NCBI GenBank assembly: GCA_050084515.1
Contig: CM114271.1
Coordinates: forward strand, 36,270,001-36,334,000
From: Blasia pusilla
Lineage: Eukaryota
DNA: 64,000 bases
Direction: 5' to 3'
Both the position numbers and the translations under genes were made by a program. The number at the start of each line of letters is the position of its first letter. Position 1 is the first letter of the stretch. Of this stretch, positions 14,106 through 26,597 are shown in pieces. The notes below the pieces were generated by a model. That model was not told the origin of the DNA and searched no databases. It saw only the letters and a program-made list of their open reading frames with translations.

Positions 14106-16711
14106 ACAAAATTGTGGACTAACCGCTTTCAATAAGACAAGAATCAAAAGCATAGACGTGTTTGTAGCAACCCGGATAGGACGAAACTACAAATTTTATC
14201 TAGAGCCAACAGAATGTGTCATCAGACATCACTATTGATACTCTGAAAGAGAAGCACATATCTCTGTGGCCGGGCAACAACCGTACATGTCACCAACCTG
14301 CCGATTAACACAGATATTACAGCCACACGCCCTTGCAGTAGAACTTCTATCTGAAGAAGGTTTGTGAAGTCTAATACTCTCAGAAACAGGTGGATGGGAG
14401 CTGATAGGAAATAGAAACTGCACCAGACAGGAGCAGGGAAAACAGGGCATCAAGGAGTCAATTACACACGGAGTTGGATAATCAGGTTGAAATAGAGAGA
14501 TCAGTTTAGAAGTGGTCATTATAAGCATGCATGAATAGTCCCTACAAAAGCAGGGCATTGAGAGCGCAATATGACATTACAGAAGAGCATCTAACTCGGC
14601 AAGTAAGTGAAGCGAGATAGGGAGACTTGGAAGACATGAAGGGAAGATCTGATAGATGGTTGGAAGGTTTGAAGTGGATGTCAGTATTCAGGAACCATCG
14701 TGGAAGTGCACTCATAGCAAGAACCGCCGGAAACTGTGAGAATGAAATAAAGTGCAGCACCAGAAATCAAGATAGAGATACAATCACCCATGGCAAGTCT
14801 CTAGTGCTTACAGCAACTGACTCTCGAATTTCAGTAAAGGTCTGGTAGTGGAAAAGAGATGGACAATGGTTTAAGAACTCATTCTCAAAACTCAAGCCAG
14901 ACTAGGTCATTGATCCATCCACAATCAGTTGAGAATACTTCCCAGAGCATCAACACATACACATTTCTGAGAGAACATCTCATTGTAAAAATCCATAGAC
15001 ATGAGAATATCTCATGTTGAAAAACCATTAGGAAATATGGTTCCTCAACAACAATCTTAACAGTGCGCACAAGCACAAAATCTTATCCAGAGAGACTAAT
15101 GGAACAGCACACCACTGAACAGAACTCAAAGGCAGAATCCAATGATAAATCAGGCATATCAGGCATTGCAGCAAGAGGACTGAGTGACAGACCCCAGGAA
15201 TCCAGAATAATAGGACAGAGACTCCTGCCAAATCTGTTTTTAACCAGAATAAATTCAATAGCTTCTCAAGAGCAGGCTAGGGTACAAGGACTGTTGACCT
15301 AAGAGTAAAAGCAACCATAGATAATCCTCAACAATCAGTAATTGCAAGAGCTATTATCAACCTAGACACTATGCCTAAATTATGAGCAATCCAACTTCTA
15401 GTGACATAAATTCGCCCAAACAAAGCAACCGTTTGCAAACATTTCCCCTCCATTCCACACCACTCCTGCTCAACCTACCAAGAAATATACAGGCACAGGG
15501 CTCTAATCGACATACCTGCAAACTATGACCAGGTTTGCCCTTGAAAAGTAAACCTGCAACCCAGGAGAGTGTGTAATCAGATCTCCAAAAGATGGTGACC
15601 TAGAGACGCAATCTACTTATTCACTGCCTGCCTTAGCCAATGGACCCTGCCCACATTACGACCAAAATGGAAGAGTCCAAACCAAGAGAATAAAATGCAG
15701 AAATACAAAGGCACAATACTCGGAGTATGCCCTACTGGAAATCTCAGTTTAAATTTCATTCAGGTGCAAGGTCCTTACCCAATTGACCATATACACACTA
15801 CAACCTAGGTGGAAGAGGGTGCAAGACATGACAGTCGGACGAAAAGGAGATATACACAGGTAGAATACTAACTCAAATATGCACCTCTGCAAAACTCAGA
15901 TAAAGTTTCATCCAGGTCAGTCTTCAAAGGATTGTCTGTGTAATCAAAACAAATGACAGCTTTATGTTTCAAAAAAGGTTGTAAAACATGTGACAGAGAT
16001 CATCTGCCATATATGTCAATATCCCTTTATCTCTTATTTGTGCACATACAGCAAGTAGCAACCAGATAAGCCTTTCTTTTAACGTGCTCCGTGGAGACAA
16101 TACAAATAATAGCCTCATGGTCGAATCTAGATCATCAGAATTGATTTTTGGAAAAATTGATCCAAAGTAGGACAGTCCGAAGTGCTGATGACAACGGTTC
16201 AAGGACAAGGCCTACGTTTGAAGAGCAAATTGATGAAGACAATACCAGTCCTACATTGATAAACACAACCATTCAGGAATCGGAACTCATCATTAATAGT
16301 TAAGGATTAGGGCTGAAGCCTTTCTTCGTTTCATCCTCGAGAGCACATTCTCTACACTGCAAACCTGTGCTAGAAATTTACAACACGGACTCTCCGAAAA
16401 GCTTGGGTTCTTGGGCGTAGTAGAAGTAGAATGGACATGTACGTATGGCACTATAAGTTGTGTAAGCTGCCTTCAACACACCGAAGACGTTATTAGGTTC
16501 ACATTTCTTGAACCTTGCAATCTTCGAGGCATCCCAAGCCCATTCAGTGGGCACAAATGGTATGGAGAATATACACAAGATTTCCACCTGCTTTGCTTTC
16601 GTGCACAAATTCGTAGAAGATTTTTCAATGCTGACTCAAATCTAGCTACTATGCTCATAAACCCGGAGGCAATAGCAGCTACAAGTCAAAAGTATTATAA
16701 TGGCCCAATCT

Positions 16712-18025
16712 CTAAGGGCCACGATATCTTACACACGGTAGACAACCTCGAGGTTGAGAATCAGTGGGAATCATGCCACCTCCTTTGCTAGTGTCAATTG
16801 CCTCTATCAAAGCAACCACTTGCGCCATCTCCGGCCGTTTATCTGGATTCGGATCCCAGCACTTCCTCATCACATGTGCCAATGCGGTTGGACAACACCT
16901 CGGGATCGTCGGTCTCAAATTCTGGTGCACGACCGCATGTGTCATTTCCGTGAAGCTGAGGTCTGGATAGGGCATGTCACAGCAGTAGATCTCCCACAGA
17001 CATATTCCGAAGCTGTACACATCACATTTCCGATTGTAGGGTTTACCATCGAGAACCTCTGGGGCCATGTAGCCCAGGGTCCCCGTTTCACCGGTCATGT
17101 CTTTGGGATTGGATGCTTCTACCCGCGCTACACCAAAGTCAGCTATCTTCACATTCCTCTTGGTGTCCAGCAGCATGTTCTCACTCTTCACATCTCTGTG
17201 CACAATCTTCTGCGAGTGCAGGTACTCGAGCCCACGGGAGAGGTCTAGCGCCAGCTGAATGACGACTTTGAATGTCAGTTTCCTTCGCCGATGCCGGATC
17301 AAATAATCCTTCAGAGTACCTCCGGCAAGGTACTCCACAACCACGCAGCATATGTTGGATGCGACATGAACAAAGCCATCGCTGCCTCTCTCGAAGCTGG
17401 GAATTTGCAAGTTGGAACTTCCAATGGAGGCTCCGACGAATTTCGTCACATTGGGATGATCCAGCTTGTGCCAGACCTCGACTTCCTGCTTGAAGGCATT
17501 CCGGTAGGAATCAATTTGGACTTTGGACATGGTATCCTCCTCACCCCAATCCAGTAATTTGACTGCCACGTCCTGCCCATCGTACACTCCCTTGTGGACA
17601 GTACCGTACGTCCCGTGGGCTATCACATTCTTCAGGATCAGCTTGCTAGGATCGATTTCCCAGTCCTTCAATTTTCTACCAGAGACGGCACCCGTGCGGT
17701 TGTTCCGACTCCGATGCTTCTCCAGGGCCGCATCCAAATCCGCAAGATTCAACAGATCTGCTCTTACGTACAAACCCTGTGACTTCTTCGAGCTCTCGGA
17801 TCGTGAATGATCCAACACTTTCTCAGCCCCCGCAATCGATTCGGAACTCGCTGCTTCACCCTCTCCTCCATTCTCAGCTACAACCTTCTTCTCCATCTCA
17901 ATTCCCCTTTCTCTTGAAGGTGCAGGGCCAGCGCTTGCGCCCACCTCCTCCTTATTGTCTTCGACCCGCACCTCTTCTCGCTCATCTTTACCTTTCACCT
18001 CTGACTCATCCCCTTCTGCCACCAT
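16712..18025 (-). CDS. Raf-like (subgroup C) Ser/Thr/Tyr protein kinase resembling Arabidopsis CBC1/CBC2; intronless CDS, 437 aa
   Basis: Complete kinase domain: WEIDPSKL, GTYGTVHKG, VAVKLLDWGE, HRDVKSENMLL, DFGVAR, GTLGYMAPE. Subfamily-typical WEIYCCDMPYPDLSF and C-terminal AIDTSKGGGMIP...RGP*. Confidence 0.95.
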   Translation of the reverse strand: MVAEGDESEVKGKDEREEVRVEDNKEEVGASAGPAPSRERGIEMEKKVVAENGGEGEAASSESIAGAEKVLDHSRSESSKKSQGLYVRADLLNLADLDAALEKHRSRNNRTGAVSGRKLKDWEIDPSKLILKNVIAHGTYGTVHKGVYDGQDVAVKLLDWGEEDTMSKVQIDSYRNAFKQEVEVWHKLDHPNVTKFVGASIGSSNLQIPSFERGSDGFVHVASNICCVVVEYLAGGTLKDYLIRHRRRKLTFKVVIQLALDLSRGLEYLHSQKIVHRDVKSENMLLDTKRNVKIADFGVARVEASNPKDMTGETGTLGYMAPEVLDGKPYNRKCDVYSFGICLWEIYCCDMPYPDLSFTEMTHAVVHQNLRPTIPRCCPTALAHVMRKCWDPNPDKRPEMAQVVALIEAIDTSKGGGMIPTDSQPRGCLPCVRYRGP

Positions 18026-20005
18026 ATTTATCGACCGTTTGAGTTCCTCCCGCTATGTTTCTCAACAACCTGGCTAGCTAGCACTTGTTCCTATTCCAAC
18101 TTTGTCCCTTCCTTTCCTCCCCTATCACTTCGGTGGGCAAAAGACAGGAAAGACCCCTTTTTGAAAGAGAGGGACAGAGGGCACCTCGTCTCTTCTCCCT
18201 GCCTGGGAATGGGAATATTTATCCCTGCCCCACCTGGGGGGGCCTGTTCTCTCTCTCTCCCTCTAGGCCAATCTTAAGCAGAGCGGCAACAACCACGGCC
18301 ACAGTTGCACTGAATTTTTGCAATGCCTCGCCCCCACGATACTTGCTTCTCTCCTCTCCTTTCGCAGGGCATCAGCAGGGGGAGGTTTTCTCTCTCGTTC
18401 TCTCTCTCCTAATGCAGCTGCTGTCTGCAGCACTGCACCGATTCGTCCTGTCTATACTCCACTCCAGCCATCATAATCTAATTCGGCCTCCCGAGTCGGC
18501 AAACTCTACCACTCGGACGAACTCTAGCCGTGGACAAAACACTCCTGATTGTGGGGAGACCGCTGGGTTAGGGTTTTCAATTCTCTGACCACACTCCCAT
18601 CGCAACTCCTGCTCGTCGGTATCCTACACCTCCATCATCATCGCCTCCGCCACTCGGACTGCAGCGAATGCGAACTCCCGTCTCCCCTTCTCCTTCTCTT
18701 CTGTTTCCCGCGCTCGCATACTCTCGCTCATCCCACCCCGGCCCAGCTCCCCTCCGTCCCCCACACTCTGCATAAACATACGCAAGCTGGACGCAGCAGA
18801 TACGAGTGGCAGTAATCTCACCACCGCCACAACTGCACTGCACTACACAGTGAGCAGCACCTCCCGATCCCAAATGTTGTTCGACCGAGTCTGTCACTCG
18901 CCCACTCTCTCCGTCTCTCTGCCCCTCTCTCTCGCTCGCCTCCTCTCCGCCCGAGTCACCAACAATTGCGCAATTTCGCTCGCCAAACCCATTCACAGAT
19001 CACACGCACTGTGGAGGGAGCCCCCAACGGGGCCGGTTTTGGCCCGCGGGTTTTTTGGATCTCTATACCCCTCCCTTTGTATCCCGATGGGTTTTCCATC
19101 CAAGTTTCTATTAAAGTCGATAGATCCTGTGGCGCACAGCAGATTACAGAGCCCCTCCCGGAGCTTTTGTAGGGGACGGGTTAATTACTGTGATTTGCAG
19201 TGACCTTGAGGCCCGCCACCGATTGACGAAGCTCCGGTGAGGGAGGGAGGCTTGTCCCTGCCTGACGTGGAGCCCGACCAACACCATTCTTTCTTCCTCC
19301 AGCGGCTGCCCTCACCCCACCACCGCACGCGCCACCCGGCCCGCATTTCCTCGGCCGGGATTCTTTTCGTTTCGGCTCTTCTTTCTCCAGGTCCTGTCCT
19401 CCTCTCCCCTCCCTCCCAGCTCCGCCACCCACGGTTGAGTAAGCGAATTCAACCACAGGTCAGAAACCACACCAGATCCATCCCCGCTAACCCATCCCCT
19501 GCCCTCCCTGAGGCGGTCACGGCCCAAGATGTGTCCCCCGGCTGAACCCATCGGTCGGTCGGTCCGTGGCTCTGTGGTTACGGCCGTCGAGAGTTGGACG
19601 GTGGCGACGATGTACCGTGTCCATCCAGATCGTACATGGCGGACGGAAAGAACTGTTGCAGTCGCCTCCCCGATGAGGTGTCTGCAGTACGGGTCGATGG
19701 AGCTGTCGTTGCCTTCAACGGACGGATATTCACCGTCACGTCTCGTTGCCACGTCGTCACCCCCATCCATTTGTGGCGAATGGATGGGGGTGGATGGAAA
19801 GCAACGTACATATATCTAAACTTTCTCTTCTTTGTTAAATTCTTCATTCATGCTTCAAAGATTTTGTATCTTTAGAAGACCAAGAAAGATTTTCTTTTCA
19901 TTATGGGAAGAGACATACTTCTCATTTTCAACGGGGCATATGAGGAGAAAGGGCAAATTTTGAACAAGAGAGGGTTTGGGGAGGGGAGGACTTCTTAGAA
20001 AAAAA

Positions 20006-20179
20006 TCTATATTATGATTGGAGAGTGCGTTCTTGATGTGCAAACACCTTGTGTGCTTGACATGTTGCAATTGGACAATAAGAAAATGTTTCCCATAGAC
20101 AACAAGAATTTTTTTTGAATTGGTGTAGAACATGATTAGTCCTCCTTCACTCTAGTGCATGGCACCGGATGTACACTAG
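20006..20179 (+). mobile_element. Non-autonomous mini-Helitron (174 bp)
   Basis: A|TCTATATTAT start, subterminal hairpin GTGC-ATG-GCAC (20155-20165), and CTAG|T end, so it is inserted between A and T. Similar to the copies at 45076-45447. Confidence 0.7.
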
Positions 20180-20496
20180 TTTAATATTAAGTTTGAGCAC
20201 ATCTATCTATTCTATCAATGAAAGATGCTCCTCATGATGATGGGTTCATTGGATGAGATTTGCTAAAAAAAATCTCTTCAAATAAAATCATTCAACGTCG
20301 GTGAGATCTAGTAGAGTGCCTTCGTGAGTAGTGGAAGACAGGCTCAGTAGGTCGAGGATGACCTGTTGAGGCCCCGGGAAACCTGAAAGAGCAGGTTTAG
20401 AGCCAAAACGAAGGGGAAACCTGCTCTCTCAAGTTTCCCCTTCGTTTTGGCTCATTTGGAGCCATATTGAGAAAACGTACTATTTTAGATAAGAAC

Positions 20497-20832
20497 CATT
20501 TTGAGTATATGATCGACTTTCTATTTTTGGTAAGTGGCCTTGATCTCTTACATCAGGTCAAGAGCCAAGGAGGTGACTTGGGAGCATAGGTTACCATGGA
20601 GAGAGCTTGGGAGAGGGGAGGGGTATATCTCAAGGAGAGAGAGCTTGAGAGCTCATTCTCTCTTTGTTGAACCTCTTGGCACGAGGCCTCGGAGCTATGG
20701 TCCTGCTTGCCTTGTGTGTGTAACCCAAGCCTCTCATTAGGAGAGTAGGTTTGGTTTGACTTTGAGAGAGACATGTGAGAGTGTACACATGTGAGAACTA
20801 TGGTGTTGTGAGAGAGATTGGATCTTATTTTA
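20497..20832 (+). repeat. LTR segment of the gypsy element (the 5' LTR probably begins near 20235)
   Basis: 336 bp matching the reverse complement of 29257-29592, with about 22 differences counted by eye. 20300-20520 also resembles 38985-39170. Confidence 0.85.
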
Positions 20833-23800
20833 CAAAGAGAGAATGAGTGAGTGATAGAGCTTCATGGGGGAGCTCACTGGTTTTGCAAGTTGGGGATCGT
20901 ATTCCCCGTTTAGCGCCGGCATGGGGCAACCTATCCCCATACTCAATCCCTATCAAAAATTATGCAGCGCTTCCGTGCGCCACTCTTCCACACGAAAAAT
21001 CGGCAAAGGAAACATCACAAGTAAGCGGCTCTTGCTCCGGTGAGCACTCCCATGAACCGCTAAACGGGAAATACGATCCCCAACCTCCAAAACCTGATCA
21101 AAAAGCTACCATGTAGCTTTCTGATTTGTGTTCTCACATGTTTTACATTTTCGTTGGGAGAAATCAGCGCGGAAGCGTTGCCAAATTTTGTGTAGGAGAA
21201 AGAGATATTGGGCTTTACGACAGTCCCTATCACTTTTTACTGGAATTTTTTGTTCCAAATATTTTTTTACGCTGTTGTAGATCGTGAATCTGCGCACGTT
21301 GTACAACAAATAGTGCATAATTTGGAGTTGCGAGCAAAAAGTTATGGTCAATCTTGCAAAACTGCCATTGCTAGGCGATTTTTTGGGTTAAATTGTTCAA
21401 ACCCTAAACCAACCGCCGAGCCAGCAGCGGCCGTCGCCATCATAGTCACTGTCAACGGTCGGCCATCACCATCAACGGTCCATCGTCCACTGCCACCGCC
21501 GCCTAGCGCTACTCAGAGCCGCGTTCGTCTGTTGTCCACCCTTTGGTTGCCATTGCCGCCATTACAAAGTGGAGGGTCTTCCACAACCACCGTTGATTCT
21601 CTGACTTGCGCCGCCACCACGTACTTTGGGTTGGCCGCCACCGTCATCTTAGTTTCGTCATCAACCAGTGATGGCAGGTGACCCCGGGTTATGGTGTTTG
21701 AGTTTTCATTTCATGTTGCTATGTTGTGATTGGTAGTCGCTCGACGACGATCGAGTACCGTGCCGTGACGCCCGTAGCCGCAATGCACCGCCGATTGCCG
21801 CGTCGTGCCGCTTGTGGCCGCACCGCTTCATCTCGATTGCGGAGCCGCTTCTTCACTAAGGAGTAGAGCGTGTGAATTTCTGATGAAGGAGGTATGCCCC
21901 CGAGTGCCACACCCCATTCGTGAGTGCCGTCCCGTGTCGGCAGTGCTGCACCAGACCGCTAGACCTGCACCGCACATCGAGGAGGTTTAAGCAGCTTCAA
22001 TACGAGAGGAGTACGACTTGCTAATCGGAGGAGTTGTCTTCACGACCAAGTTGGGGTCGAGATTTGCAGTTGCTGAGGAGCGACATCGACATTATTGTCA
22101 GGTTACCCATTCTGGTCTCTTACCCTACATGTGTGAGGGATTTTCGGATATTGGGAAATTATTTGGGATATTGGGTTCCATGCTAATGCTACGAGCATCG
22201 ATGATGTATGGGTTTAGGGGACATAGACTTGTCTGGGATGTCCAGAGTTGAGGATGGTTTATCGATGAGACAATAGATCGGTTGATTTGCCGCACCACGC
22301 TGGTTGTTACTGCAAAGCACATGTCTCAGTGAGAGAGTGTAGATTGACTGCCGCATGTTTAGTTTGAGTGATTGAGGGATTACTCACGAGATTGAGAGTG
22401 ATCGTGTGAGAGGGGTACGAGGGCCATCACGACGTCCTTTCGAGATTTTGAGAGGCAACGTAGTGGACCTGAGAATAGCTCTGGAGGGTTTACGCGGAGT
22501 GGTGCGAGGTTTCGAGGGTGAGAGACCACCTTGATCTCCTTCTATGTCGTCTTCAGATGAGGGGGAGCGTATAGAGGAGTGTGTTAGTGATCCACCGTAC
22601 ACATTGAGTGATCCTACCAGTTGGGCGTACGAGATGGACGACCGGGATAGAGGACCGCGTAGGTTTTTGGGTGTTGTAGGCACTATAGAGCTACACGACT
22701 TCATTGCGGAGTTTAGGAGTTGGTGTGATTCACAGTGGGCTAGGAACTCTAGAGAGTTCAACCCGTTTACATCATGGAACAGTATGTTCCAGCATTTAGA
22801 GGGGGCGCCTATGGACGATTACCATGAGTTCTCCAACAGATCTGCCCAAGAGATTGAGGCATGGCCACTCTACTATGACCCACATTATGTGTCATGGATG
22901 GAGCCGTTCCCAGATGAGGAGGAGGAGTGAGGAGAGGCTAATTCCTCTTCCACTAGTGATGTTTTAGGAGGGGTCACTTGCACTGGAGCAGTTGCACCGT
23001 CTAGTCGGGTTCGTCCCAGGTTCAACCCTGTGGTTGAGTTCTTTGCTAAGTTGAGGGCGAGTTATCAGGGATTACGGAGCATCCATGACTTCCAGAGGTG
23101 CCTGGGTGAGAGTTTGCGTGAGGCTTACACTCGCTTGCGCCGGTTGATCAACGTCACTCAGGGGGTGACAGAGGCTCAGGCTATCCAATCATGGTACGCG
23201 ATGCTGGACCGGACCCTGTGGACACGGGTGCGGGAGGGGTGCGTCTTATGAACACCTCCCCTACATTGAGAGATGTTTTTAGGACCGCCGAGAACATTGA
23301 GCGCAACATGGCGGAGGAGAGCGTAGCCACCATGGGTTCTGGGCGAGAACAGTCATGATTGTCTGCACCATCAGTGAGCAATGTGGACTCCGAGATAGGT
23401 CGACTATGGCACCACGAGCTTAGGGAGGATACCGGAAGGCCATGCCACAGAGACCTGCGCCTTCATATACGGCTCAATAGCAGCCGCCTACGACTACTTG
23501 TTGGTCATGTGATGGAGCCCATCATCAACGCGATTGCACTCGTCAGGGTCATGGACGTGTGCCTCAGCATGGAGGAGGAGATCGTACTGCGCCAGGAGGT
23601 TATCAATGTGACTATTATCAGAGGTATGGTCATACACGCGCTAGGTGTTTCAGTTTACATCCTGAATTACGTCTGGACCAAGGGCCAGAGAGGGCACTAG
23701 AGGGAGTAGCTGATCCAGGTGGGCCTAGAGATCGTGCACCAGATGGTCCCGTTGGGGGATGAGGAGCTGGAGTTTCCCGACAGGGTGGTGGAGCTTCCCA

Positions 23801-25337
23801 TGGAGGAGGTAGAGTCCCACCACCTAGACGCGTCGAGGGAGACGCCAAACGTGAGGCTGCGATGGCTGCTCACATACAGTAGCTACAGGAGCATATTGTC
23901 GGTATGGCATAGAGGTTACCCGATGCCGGATCCGTGGCATCGACATCATATGGAGCAGCTAGAGATATAGAGGATCCTGGTTGGATGTGCAAGGTTGCCC
24001 ATATGGAGGCCGCCGCTGTTGTGACGCATGGAGCAACCGCAGAGTTGGATCCACAGCGAGGGAAATCCAGGAAAGAGACTAGGCTTCCTCAATCTTTCAG
24101 GTTGTCCAAGGCAATGAGGACCCCATCGATGGGTCTTGATCAGAGTTCCTGGAGAGTTGGTGATGTTGTTGGTATGCAGGCACGGAGGGCGATGGGAGAA
24201 ACGAGCGCGAAAACTCCTATTGTTGATGCTCACGAGGGGCATGTGTCGAGCACGTTGTTGGGGACGGCCACCGTTGTGTACCGCGCTCCTTTATTTTCTG
24301 CTTCTGATGTTATGACGTTGGGAGGTACGCCCGCGGAGGTTTTTTGGTTGGCCGCTACGCTATGTGAGCGTGGAGTTGGAGTTCTTACATCACGTTTAGA
24401 GGTGATTACAGAGGAGGTGATGGACCTGCCCTTGGAGCGGATGTTGGGACCATCCACGTCAGATTCATGGCAGGCTGCTGCTTCTAGGATGGCGGAGATG
24501 CCCGCTAGACCCGCGATAGAGTAGGCCATGGTTTCTCCTGGTGTTGTGTTGCTGGATAACCATGGAGAGGTCTTCCACTTGGTGAGTCCCGGAGGTAGAG
24601 CTTTTAGTCCGCAGCGCGTCTTGTTGGATTCAGGAGCGCAACCCCTCATGTTGGGGAAAGCGTCATTCAGAGGATTGGGCTTGACAAGAGCCAATGTGGA
24701 GCGTTTTCCATTCCGGATACAGACATCCTTGGATGGAGTGAGGACCACACAGTATATCACCCAATAGGAGGTCGTGGTGAGGATTTTCCCGGGATATCCT
24801 ACAGATGAGTCCGTGGTGTGAGCCAAAGCGATAGTGACTCATGCAGAGTCCTACAATGTCTTGGTTGTTGGAGCAGTGTTATACCCGATGGGGTTTTCCC
24901 TCGATTACTAGGAGGAGTCAGCGTCCTACAGACCAAGATGGGAGTCAGGTGATGAGCTCCTTAGCTCATTACCCGTTCGATTCACAAGTGTAGTGATCGA
25001 GCAACGGCAAGGAGAGATGGCGACCTTAGCAGCATTGAGTAGTGCCATCACTTGGCCTAGTGATTTGATTGAGGGACATGTTCATGCAGAGGATACTCTC
25101 CTTCTTGACATTTCTATGGAGAGGGGTGTCATGGTAGCCGCATCAGTTCGTGGAGGAGAGGTGCGGCTTTGGGGCTTGACTGAGGAGCTTCGACGCTTAG
25201 CCATTGAGCATGTGCAGACCGCGTGGTGCGAGACATTTGGAGTTGAGTAAGACGGGTCAGAGGAACCCCAGGTAGGCAGGAGTGCTGCTATGATACCTTT
25301 GGACACCACCTCGATTGTGTGGTGCATCCCAGAGAAG

Positions 25338-26290
25338 GGTATTTGGGTGTTGGATCTCTTTGGAGGGATCAGCACTGGGTTAGCTGTTGTTTTGCACGTT
25401 GGAGTGCGCGTGCCGCAGTACCTGTATGTGGAGATTGATGATGTTGCAAGGCGCGCTTCACTTCACCATGTGGCGCTGTTATGCTTCCATTTTCCCGACT
25501 TGTTGTCTACGTCCGCCATTCAGAGTTACTAGAGTTCCCTACCAAGGGACATTTCATTCTTGGGGGCGTAGGACTCGGAGCGGGTAGGGACCATAGACTT
25601 GGTCATTGCTGGTTGGTCGTGTCAGGGCCAATCGAATGTTGGACCAGATAGCGGGTTGGCTGATACTCAGTCTAGGTTGTTTAGGGAGATGATGCGAATC
25701 TTGCGACATTTACATGAGCATCGGTCTTGTTCTCCAGCATACATTTTGGAGAATGTGCCAGTTTTGGGCCATTCTAGGTCCTGCATGATGACGAGTGCAC
25801 ATCAGGTGCGCGCATGGATCAGCCCGGCAGTGTTGTTAGATGCAGCGAGTGTGGGTTCACGAGCACATTGCCTGCGTCTTTGGTTGACCAACTTGGTACC
25901 ACATGAGGTATTGCGGAGGGCTTATGCGAGAGTGGAGCATCCCTCTGATTTGTTGGTGGATTCTATATTGGATTCGGGCCATCGATCACAAGCAATGAGG
26001 CACGATGATCGACCGCCGTTGAATGTGGTCAACCGGATTGGCAGGCCACCAGCCGCCTTTCCCACATTGGTGAGTTTTCCTGCTTCCTATGCATTCAAGG
26101 AGGCCAGACCGGGCTTGGTTTGGGATGACCAGGTACAGAGGTTGGTGGAATTCAACGCCGATGAGCGAGAGCGAGCGATGGGATTCCCCACAGGAGTGAC
26201 AGTAGTACCGTCACTATCAGAGGCATCACGACGTCATGTCTTGGGTCAAGCGATGGACCTAAACTGCTTGACATGGATTTTTAGCTTAGG
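25338..26290 (+). pseudogene. DNMT3-like C5-cytosine DNA methyltransferase domain inside the gypsy pol frame
   Basis: Motif I VLDLFGGISTG, II YVEID, III RDI, IV DLVIAGWSCQG, VI YILENV, VIII RAHCLRLWLTNL, IX ERERAMGFPTGVT, X RRHVLGQAM, in canonical order. Two in-frame TAG stops (25530, 25569). Confidence 0.88.
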
Positions 26291-26597
26291 AGTAGCTGAG
26301 CAGCGTCATTTGAGGATACGACAGATCACAGTTGTTGCGTTGGTGAGCCCCATGCCTATCGAGACGGTTGAGGCAGTGGCTGGGGGCGAGACTCGAGGAG
26401 ATTGACACACTAGGGGTGATCGGGAGAGACATCCTTGGACTTCTTGGGATGTTTTGCAGGTACGCCAGGAGATGATAGCCACAACATTGAGCGTGGTTCC
26501 GGATACTACACGTGGAGATGGGAGTTCAATTTTCCGAGATGGGGTTGCACCATAGCAACCACTGACATCCGCGCCGAAGAGTCCTATCGTAGTCACA

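Noticed and set aside
18085-19875. Many short ORFs and a small hairpin (19761-19789) upstream of the kinase
   Set aside because: Low-complexity CT/GA- and GC-rich UTR or promoter sequence without protein motifs; the hairpin alone is too short to interpret.
25338-26290. Host DNMT3/DRM gene, or bacterial restriction-modification methylase contamination
   Set aside because: No introns or separate start; it is in frame with the retroelement protease and RT and decayed in the same way; no partner nuclease; motif order is not DRM-permuted.
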